A DNA stretch of 29,895 nt. Origin: a virus (Duplodnaviria > Caudoviricetes). The stretch spans positions 1 to 29,895 of IMG/VR virus record IMGVR_UViG_3300048857_000030. One strand, 5' to 3'. Under the pieces are notes generated by a model. That model worked only from the letters and a program-made list of their open reading frames with translations, made no database searches and was not told the origin of the DNA. Below are positions 18,621 to 25,143 of the stretch, piece by piece. How positions within the stretch are numbered: position 1 is the first letter of the stretch; every line of letters starts with the position of its first letter. The position numbers were made by a program, and so were the translations under genes.

Positions 18621-19103
18621 TTAGCCATTGGGTTCTTTGAGCAAGCGCATCAGTAACCCTTTCAGTTCCGGCTCCTGCACACGTCTGGCGGCCTCGACCG
18701 GGGACAGCCACACCAGCTCCCTCTCTCCTCGCTCAGGGAACTTGGGGTGCAGTTCGTCCACCTTCAGCCTGAATACCTCGACGATCGATGCTGTTTTGTG
18801 TCCGTCGTCGAGGGTTTTCAAATAGGTGAAATAGCCAAGTGCTCGCTTCTTCGCTTTTCCAGCGACGCCAGCCTCTTCCCACGCTTCTCTTTCAGCGGCC
18901 TGGTGTGGTTTCAGGTTCTTAATGGGCCAGCCTTTCGGAATGGTCCATCGCCCGGAATCGCGAGTTGTGATCAACAAAACTTCTACGGCGCCCGTTTCGT
19001 TGATCCGGTAACAGATTGCTCCGATCTGATGGGCGGCGCCACCTTTCATTAGCGAGCTCGCATGTGGCGCAAGTCTCGCGAGGTAGCGTTCGGTTTTTTT
19101 CAT
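18621..19103 (-). CDS. Nudix hydrolase (DIPP/Ap4A-hydrolase-like subfamily), moron
   Basis: EVLLITTRDSGRWTIPKG followed by Nudix box AAEREAWEEAGV and FPERGERELVW. Confidence 0.92.
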   Translation of the reverse strand: MKKTERYLARLAPHASSLMKGGAAHQIGAICYRINETGAVEVLLITTRDSGRWTIPKGWPIKNLKPHQAAEREAWEEAGVAGKAKKRALGYFTYLKTLDDGHKTASIVEVFRLKVDELHPKFPERGERELVWLSPVEAARRVQEPELKGLLMRLLKEPNG

Positions 19104-19300
19104 TCCGCGTCCTCTATCTGCACCAGATAGAGCACTTCGAAATCCATAGAAAAGCGCTTGCCAAAGAGGCGTTTACTCACGCTGCGGAAGTTCAATAAAT
19201 GCTCCGTCTCTGCTCCAATGGAGCAGAAAGGGAGTCACAAGTCGAGCTTAAGGCTCGGTGAGCTGATTCAAACCCTCCACACCCCAAAAGGAAAAATCAG

Positions 19301-20122
19301 ATGGATAAATCCGTGCCTCCCGGCGCGGCGATCCTGCTCGACTTCATCCGTGAAACGGAAGTCGGGCGGAGCGACCGCGCGTCCTATGACGTGATCTACG
19401 GCCATAACCAGGCTAAGCTGCCGCAACCGCTGACGACGATGACCTATGGCGAGATCGTCGACGCTCAGAAGAGCTGGTCGAAGCGGTTCGGCTCCAGCGC
19501 CGCCGGCGGCTATCAATTCATGCGGGCGACCCTCATCGATCTTGCAAAAGCGGTCCACTCGATCAGCGGCACTGATCGCTTCACGCCCGATCTGCAGGAC
19601 CGGCTCGGATACCGGCTGCTCGTGCGGCGCGGCTATCCGGAATTCATCACCGGCAAGATCAGCCTTGTCCAGTTTGCCGAAAACCTGGCCAAGGAATGGG
19701 CGTCCTTTCCGGTGCTGGTTTCGTGCAAGGGGGCGCATCGCGATTTGAAACGCGGGCAGAGCTACTACGCCGGTGATGGGGTCAATAGGGCGCTGGTGAA
19801 GCCGGAGAAGGTCGAGGCGGTGCTCGAGGAGATCCTCGAGGTGGCGCGTCGGCCGCATGAAGTCGACAGCGAAGCCGAGCCGCTCGAAACGCGCGTGCCG
19901 TTCCCAACGCCTAAGCCGCCGCGCAAGCCGGTGCGGAAATCCGGCCGCTTCTGGACCTGGCTGCTGACGGCCGGCGGCACGATCGTCACCGCGCTGAAGG
20001 AGCTGAACCTGGTGGCGCTCGACTGGCGGGTGCAGATCGCCATCCTCGTCGTCATCGTCGGCTTCGCGGTCTACGCCATCACCTCCATGCCGGCGGTGCG
20101 CGGCGCCCTGGGGCTGAAGTGA
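19301..20122 (+). CDS. Endolysin, lambda R-like lytic transglycosylase with a C-terminal hydrophobic anchor
   Basis: LDFIRETE (catalytic Glu), YDVIYG, SSAAGGYQF, FTPDLQD and WASFP follow the lambda R motif order; Pro/Lys linker and two hydrophobic segments at the C-terminus. Confidence 0.88.
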   Translation: MDKSVPPGAAILLDFIRETEVGRSDRASYDVIYGHNQAKLPQPLTTMTYGEIVDAQKSWSKRFGSSAAGGYQFMRATLIDLAKAVHSISGTDRFTPDLQDRLGYRLLVRRGYPEFITGKISLVQFAENLAKEWASFPVLVSCKGAHRDLKRGQSYYAGDGVNRALVKPEKVEAVLEEILEVARRPHEVDSEAEPLETRVPFPTPKPPRKPVRKSGRFWTWLLTAGGTIVTALKELNLVALDWRVQIAILVVIVGFAVYAITSMPAVRGALGLK

Positions 20123-20364
20123 TGGTCGATTGGCCGAAGATCCTCGGCGGCGTGCTCGTGCTCGCCGCCATCACCTGGGTTGTCATCGAGATCCGCGAGG
20201 ACGGTGCCCGCTCCATCAAAGACGCGATCGAAAGGCAGAACAATGACGCGGCTTCTCAATCGGACGCTGACCGCAGCGATTATGACCGTTGCCTCGATGG
20301 GGGCCGCGTGTGGGACTTCGGCGCCCGCAAATGTCGCGGGGCTGCGCCGGGTCGTCGGGACTGA
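20122..20364 (+). CDS. Inner-membrane spanin (Rz-like)
   Basis: N-terminal TM segment ILGGVLVLAAITWVVI, a helical periplasmic part and two Cys. Confidence 0.7.
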   Translation: MVDWPKILGGVLVLAAITWVVIEIREDGARSIKDAIERQNNDAASQSDADRSDYDRCLDGGRVWDFGARKCRGAAPGRRD

Positions 20365-20488
20365 TCTGATCGGCGCGCGCGGCGCGACGCCGGAGGATCA
20401 GCGGAAGATTGACCGGACCGTCGTCGGCATCTGCGCCGCGGCGGTCTGGACGGAAGGGGAATGCGCTAGACACGGGGAAGGGCGCTGA
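20243..20488 (+). CDS. Outer-membrane spanin lipoprotein (Rz1-like), overlapping the i-spanin
   Basis: ATG 20243 after GAAAGG; signal peptide ending MGAA-C (imperfect lipobox); extra Cys residues; 122-bp out-of-frame overlap. Confidence 0.65.
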   Translation: MTRLLNRTLTAAIMTVASMGAACGTSAPANVAGLRRVVGTDLIGARGATPEDQRKIDRTVVGICAAAVWTEGECARHGEGR

Positions 20489-20815
20489 ATGTCGCAGAAA
20501 TATTCGTCTTTGATCGAGCTTCTCAATGCCTGGTTCGGAGGTGCGGCGACGACCATGATCGGCGCGCTGGTGGGGCGGCTGATGTGGCACACAAACGAAG
20601 TTCGGAAGATGCGCCGGAAGTTCTTCGGTAAGGAGCTGCTTTGGGAAATGCCGATCGCCGTCGGCATGGCCTTTATCGGAGAGGCCCTGGCGTCGTGGCT
20701 GGCTTTGGAGCAACCAATGGCGACGGGACTGATCGCCGCGCTCGCCTATCTCGGGCCGCGGGGGTCCGAGGTTTTATTCATGCGGTGGTTTGCCGCGCGC
20801 GTGGAGAAAGGATAA
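20489..20815 (+). CDS. Holin (LydA-like)
   Basis: 108 aa with about three TM segments, a basic loop RKMRRKFFGK and AYLGPRG. Confidence 0.8.
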   Translation: MSQKYSSLIELLNAWFGGAATTMIGALVGRLMWHTNEVRKMRRKFFGKELLWEMPIAVGMAFIGEALASWLALEQPMATGLIAALAYLGPRGSEVLFMRWFAARVEKG

Positions 20816-21179
20816 CGCCGAGTCGCAGGGCAGCGCCTTTTGGGAGGGGAAGGGAGAGGCGCTGCCTGGCCGGTCGACTAGGCGAATATAGCGAAGGAGA
20901 ATTAATGTCGTCGACCGCGCCAAAAGCGGAATCACGGCTTCTATAGAACTCCCCAATTTGAGTTCCGACAATGGCGTCTTCGCCGAAGGTCTCTGCGTTG
21001 CAAGGAAAGGCAGCGCTCCCCGGCGAAAAGGAGCGCTGCAGTTGTCCGACATGTGCGATTGTCCGCGAGTCGAACTTCCAGAGGAGAATAAACACTCTTC
21101 CGAAATAGGAACGCCCTTCAAAACGGCGTGTGGACGGGAATGTTCCGGATCAATGTTCTTTTTTGAGGATTAACCAATT

Positions 21180-21422
21180 TCAAGCCGGCTCCGGTAGCGG
21201 CTGCTGGGGAAGGGGCCGGTCGCCTCCATCGCCGCCGCCGTCATCCGGCCACCACCCTTGCCAATCATCTCCCAGAGCCTCCCTGGCCTGACTGCCGTCA
21301 AGGCGGGAGATGAGCATCTGAAGCAGCTCGTGCTCTGAAATGCCGCTCGTCGGCGGAAGGTAGGCGGCAATATCCTTCTGGCAATCCCAGATCAGCTTCT
21401 TCATCTTTTGCGCGTCGGCCAT
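21180..21422 (-). CDS. Small hypothetical protein with an EcfG-type promoter
   Basis: ATG 21422 after AAGGAGA; 80 aa. Confidence 0.65.
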   Translation of the reverse strand: MADAQKMKKLIWDCQKDIAAYLPPTSGISEHELLQMLISRLDGSQAREALGDDWQGWWPDDGGGDGGDRPLPQQPLPEPA

Positions 21423-21444
21423 GACCTGTCTCCTTGGGCCGATC

Positions 21445-21469
21445 AACACGTCACGGCGCGTGAGGTTCC
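21445..21469 (-). promoter_or_regulatory. General-stress sigma (EcfG/RpoE2)-type promoter GGAAC-N17-GTT
   Basis: Minus strand reads GGAAC ctcacgcgccgtgacgt GTT, about 10 nt before the RBS of 21180..21422. Confidence 0.65.
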
Positions 21470-21528
21470 AGACCTTGCCGAGGTCAGAACGGGTCCTATC
21501 CTCCTTGTTTGTTACATGGAGGAAAAGC

Positions 21529-21702
21529 ATGGCAGATAATCCGAAGAAAAAAGGCCGCGACCGCGAGCTCGTTTCCGAACAGGAGCACGAGGTCGCCTAC
21601 TTGATGAAAGCGGCAAAGGTGACGCGGCAGAAGGCGCTTCAGGCCATTCGCGAGGCCGGGCCGAACCGCGACAAGGTGATGGCGTATCTTCAGAGCAAGT
21701 AG
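21529..21702 (+). CDS. DUF3606-like small protein
   Basis: ATG 21529 after GGAGGA; MADNPKKKGRDRELVS..EHEVAY..VT..A..AIREAGPNRDKV.AYL. Confidence 0.8.
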   Translation: MADNPKKKGRDRELVSEQEHEVAYLMKAAKVTRQKALQAIREAGPNRDKVMAYLQSK

Positions 21703-21710
21703 AAGGCTAG

Positions 21711-21750
21711 AAAAAGTGAGTGCCTGCCGAGGGGATGGGGCAGGCACTCA
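21711..21750 (-). terminator. Rho-independent terminator on the minus strand
   Basis: 12-bp stem TGAGTGCCTGCC/GGCAGGCACTCA followed on the minus strand by CTTTTT; lies between convergent genes. Confidence 0.75.
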
Positions 21751-21829
21751 GAACAGGTTGAGGGACCTGGTGCCGCGAAACGCGCGGCGCAACAGCTAAC
21801 GCATGTCGTGCCACCTTGTTCCTAGCGTC

Positions 21830-22156
21830 CTACTGTCTGGTCCGCATCCATTCCTCATTGTCGAGCATGGACTGCAAGTCCTCCGGCACCATGCCCGGCC
21901 ATTCGCACCTCAGGACAGCTTCGTAGCACGCCTCAACTTCAAGCGCGGCCGCCCTTGCCGAGTCTGCTTGACCGTTAGGGCGTTTCCATCTGCTCGCGTT
22001 CTTTGCCCAGTGCCAGCACATGAACCAGTTCCACCAACCCATATGGTACCAGTGAATATGTGCGAATTTCCGTTCGCCATCGAAGCCGGTAAAATGTTTC
22101 GGGTGATCGGGCCATGTCTGCCGCCATTTGTATTTCGGCTTGGGGAGATCAGGCAC
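21830..22156 (-). CDS. Trp-rich hypothetical protein, predicted SOS-inducible
   Basis: GTG start after GAGGAGGA; LexA box and -35 TTGACT upstream. Confidence 0.75.
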   Translation of the reverse strand: MPDLPKPKYKWRQTWPDHPKHFTGFDGERKFAHIHWYHMGWWNWFMCWHWAKNASRWKRPNGQADSARAAALEVEACYEAVLRCEWPGMVPEDLQSMLDNEEWMRTRQ

Positions 22157-22227
22157 GGCTTATCCTCCTCGTTTGAGGTTGTTACAATCGCCCCGGTTCG
22201 TGGAAACGCCCGACCGCCATCGAGCAT

Positions 22228-22242
22228 GTTCCTAATATGTTC
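22228..22242. promoter_or_regulatory. Alphaproteobacterial LexA box GTTC-N7-GTTC
   Basis: GTTC ctaatat GTTC overlaps the -10 of a minus-strand promoter (TTGACT at 22261-22256, N16, CATATT). Confidence 0.8.
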
Positions 22243-22295
22243 TCTGATCCGAAAGAGTCAATTCGGCTTTTCGCGGGCCAGTGCGTTAATGGCTG

Positions 22296-23282
22296 ATGGT
22301 CAAAGCATCTTCGAAGAAGCCTCGCGATACCGTTCCAACCGATCCCCTGCCGGCTCGGGTCGATCCGTGTCTTGCAACGCTCGTCGACAAGCCGCCGAAG
22401 GGTCCGGACTGGGCCTACGAAGTGAAATGGGACGGGTACCGAATTGCCGTCCACATCGAGCCCGGCCGGGTACGGATACTAACGCGCGGCGGGTACGATT
22501 GGACCGACAGATTTCCCTCCGTCGTTGACGACTCCCGGCGCCTTGCCGTGAAAACGGCCATCCTTGACGGCGAGGCTGTCGTGCTCGACAACCAGGGCCG
22601 CTCCGATTTCGGCATGCTGCAGCGGGCGCTGGGGCGCTTACCGTCGGCAGTCGAAGCCGGCGCCATCGTCTTCTACGCCTTCGATCTCCTTTACCTTGAC
22701 GGCCGCGATCTGCGTCGCCTGCCGCTGCGCGAGCGCCGGCGGCTGCTTGAGCCGCTTGTCGCCGGCCGGGAAGGCGCGGTTCGCCTGTCGGAAGAGGTGC
22801 AGGCGGACGGCGACGAGTTCTTTCGCGTCGCCTGCGCGCACGGCCTCGAAGGCATCATAGCCAAGCACATCGAAAAGCCATATCGCAGCGGCCGAGGCGA
22901 TTGGTGGCAGAAGATCACCTGCAAGCGCCGCGACAGCTTCATAGTTGTTGGATTCGAACCGTCGACTGTGCCTGGTCATCTCGGCCGGCTGTTGCTGGCG
23001 GCGCGTAAGGGAGACGAGTTGGTGTACGTCGGCGGTTGCGGGACGGGATGGTCAAACGACCTCTCGCGCGAGCTGCGAAAGCTGCTGGAAGGTATGCGCA
23101 CGAAGACCCCGGCCGTAACCCTGAAGCGGAAAGACGCCATCTTCACCGAGCCGGTGCTGGTCGCCGAAGTCGAGTATCGCGCCTGGACGGACGAGGGGAA
23201 GCTGCGCCACGCTTCGTTCAAGGGTATCCGAGAAGGGGCGGATGATGCGAGCGTGTTCGACGTGGTCTCACTGCGCGTCTGA
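22296..23282 (+). CDS. ligD: ATP-dependent DNA ligase, standalone LigD ligase domain
   Basis: Motif I YEVKWDGYR, LDGEAV, YAFDLLYLDG, EGIIAK, YRSGR, and OB fold ending LRHASFKGIR; no polymerase or phosphoesterase domain. Confidence 0.92.
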   Translation: MVKASSKKPRDTVPTDPLPARVDPCLATLVDKPPKGPDWAYEVKWDGYRIAVHIEPGRVRILTRGGYDWTDRFPSVVDDSRRLAVKTAILDGEAVVLDNQGRSDFGMLQRALGRLPSAVEAGAIVFYAFDLLYLDGRDLRRLPLRERRRLLEPLVAGREGAVRLSEEVQADGDEFFRVACAHGLEGIIAKHIEKPYRSGRGDWWQKITCKRRDSFIVVGFEPSTVPGHLGRLLLAARKGDELVYVGGCGTGWSNDLSRELRKLLEGMRTKTPAVTLKRKDAIFTEPVLVAEVEYRAWTDEGKLRHASFKGIREGADDASVFDVVSLRV

Positions 23283-23501
23283 TGGATCATTCTGGTTAGA
23301 AGAGATTGGCCGGACGAAGCATGCGGCTGTATCGCAGCGGCGATATGCGCGTTCAACGCTTGGGTCGCGTGTATGGAACGGACCAATATACCCGCAGAGA
23401 TCGGCATTCCACCGGCACTCGGGGCACTCACCTGAAGGTTTGTAAGCTGCCATTCAATTTGGCATAGAGACATCATTAGGCATCAAGAGGGTTATATTCT
23501 G

Positions 23502-24860
23502 ATGAGATTTTTGCCTCCGGACGACGACATAGTTCTTTATGAACAGGGGTTCGATGCAGATCTTCTTGGCAGAGAGAGAGTCGGGAAAGCTCTCTCGGAC
23601 TTACTTGAACGGATCGAAGACTCCTTGGTGGTTGCCCTAGACGGACAGTGGGGAACAGGCAAAACGTACTTCCTGAAGCGATGGGTTGGAGCCCATCAAG
23701 CGCAAAATGGAGGGTCCGCCACGACAGTTTACTTTGACGCCTTTGCACATGACTACCTAAGCGACCCGCTTGTAGCCCTCGTCGGTGCGCTTGGTGATCG
23801 GGTGCCTGTCAGTAAGCGCGCGAAAATGAAGAAGGTACAAAAAGCCGCCATCAAGTTTATGAAACCGCTTGCGCGCATAGGTCTAGCCGCCGTGTCTTTC
23901 GGTGCGACGGAAGCGCTCAAGGGCTTGGGAGACGTGGTCACAGAGGCCGTTAAGGACGAGGCAACTGCGGCGTTGGACGAATTCTGGGAGCGCGAGGCGG
24001 GGCGGAGAGCTGCGATGGAAGAGTTTAGGGCAGCAATAACTTCGCTCATCGTCACAGAAGAAGGTGCCCTTTCGCCGTTGATCATCGTTATTGACGAACT
24101 GGACCGCTGCCGGCCGGATTATGCACTAGAGGTATTGGAGGTCATCAAGCACTTTTTCTCAGTCCGCCATGTTCACTTCATCCTGGGAGTAAACCTAGGT
24201 GCCTTGGAGAATAGCGTCAGAGTGCGATACGGAGATGGGATTGATGCCGGCGCCTATTTAAAGAAGTTCATCAGCTTGAGCCTAAGTTTACCTGACACGG
24301 TGGGAAACCGGGACGGCACGAAAGCGATCATTGCCTATGCCAAGCATTTGGCTGAGACAATGGAGATCCCGCAACCGGTTTCCAACGCGCTTATCGAGCA
24401 TCTCACGATCATTTCGAAGGTCAACGATGTGTCGATCCGTGACATTGGAAAGATAATGTCCGCCCTTGCCCTTTTACCGGAGGAGGCAACCAAGCCGAAC
24501 GTATTCTTTGGATGGCGCGAGGTGATGCTCACACTCGTGGTTACAAGGGTAATTAGGCCTCAGTTTCACGGCAAATTCCTGCGATGCGTCATTAGCGCCG
24601 ATGAAATCGCGGAATATTTTGGAACGAATGAGTCATCACGCACCAGACAAATCAATGGTGTCAGTAATGATGAGTACGACCACGCCTCTTATATCCGGCA
24701 CTTGGCATGGCTCTATCTGTGCAACGATGGAGACTTGGGCGACAATGAAGACGCTAGGTACATTGTGAAATTCTTCGACGACTACGGACGCCTAGGGAGA
24801 CCGAAGGAACTCCCAATGCGGGTGAATCGGCTTTGGCTCGACCTATTTCAGATGCCGTAG
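23502..24860 (+). CDS. KAP-family P-loop NTPase (putative phage exclusion)
   Basis: VVALDGQWGTGKT (Walker A), VYFDAF, IIVIDELDRCRP..LEVIKHFF (Walker B), YLKKFI; lower GC than the phage core. Confidence 0.9.
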   Translation: MRFLPPDDDIVLYEQGFDADLLGRERVGKALSDLLERIEDSLVVALDGQWGTGKTYFLKRWVGAHQAQNGGSATTVYFDAFAHDYLSDPLVALVGALGDRVPVSKRAKMKKVQKAAIKFMKPLARIGLAAVSFGATEALKGLGDVVTEAVKDEATAALDEFWEREAGRRAAMEEFRAAITSLIVTEEGALSPLIIVIDELDRCRPDYALEVLEVIKHFFSVRHVHFILGVNLGALENSVRVRYGDGIDAGAYLKKFISLSLSLPDTVGNRDGTKAIIAYAKHLAETMEIPQPVSNALIEHLTIISKVNDVSIRDIGKIMSALALLPEEATKPNVFFGWREVMLTLVVTRVIRPQFHGKFLRCVISADEIAEYFGTNESSRTRQINGVSNDEYDHASYIRHLAWLYLCNDGDLGDNEDARYIVKFFDDYGRLGRPKELPMRVNRLWLDLFQMP

Positions 24861-24956
24861 CTTGCCGCGATTTCGACGAGCTTGGGCGAAAGATCCGCCT
24901 TGACCATGCCAACCATGAAGAAGCGAGGTAACATCATGAGCCTCGTGGGAGCCGGG

Positions 24957-25046
24957 TTTGGGCCGAAAGGCGACGGGGCGGTATGGCTGGGAAGCGCCAA
25001 CAACGGACATCACCACGCGAGATAATGGATCACCTAACAGCGGACA
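24957..25046. repeat. Degenerate intergenic repeat, copy A
   Basis: TTTGGGCCGA (24957-24966), then ATGGCtgggAAGCGcCAACAaCGGAC (24983-25008), plus a partial AACAGCGGACA (25036-25046); matches copy B. Confidence 0.6.
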
Positions 25047-25143
25047 GTCCACCTTGAGCTTGAATGCCGCAGGAGCGGAGAACAGCTAGGCTGATTTCGC
25101 GAGTAGCCTGTAGCGGCGCTGTCTGGATCATCCGTGTCCAGTT

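Noticed and set aside
19150-19165. TGGCA-containing sigma54-like motif upstream of the Nudix gene on the minus strand
   Set aside because: The -12 TTGC element is missing (reads TTTTC).
21142-21158. GTTC-N9-GTTC resembling a LexA box
   Set aside because: Spacer is 9 nt rather than 7, and no convincing gene lies downstream.
20774-21173. Short ORFs in the gap after the holin
   Set aside because: Non-ATG starts, no RBS, no recognisable protein features; they cross strong hairpins. A decayed gene cannot be excluded.
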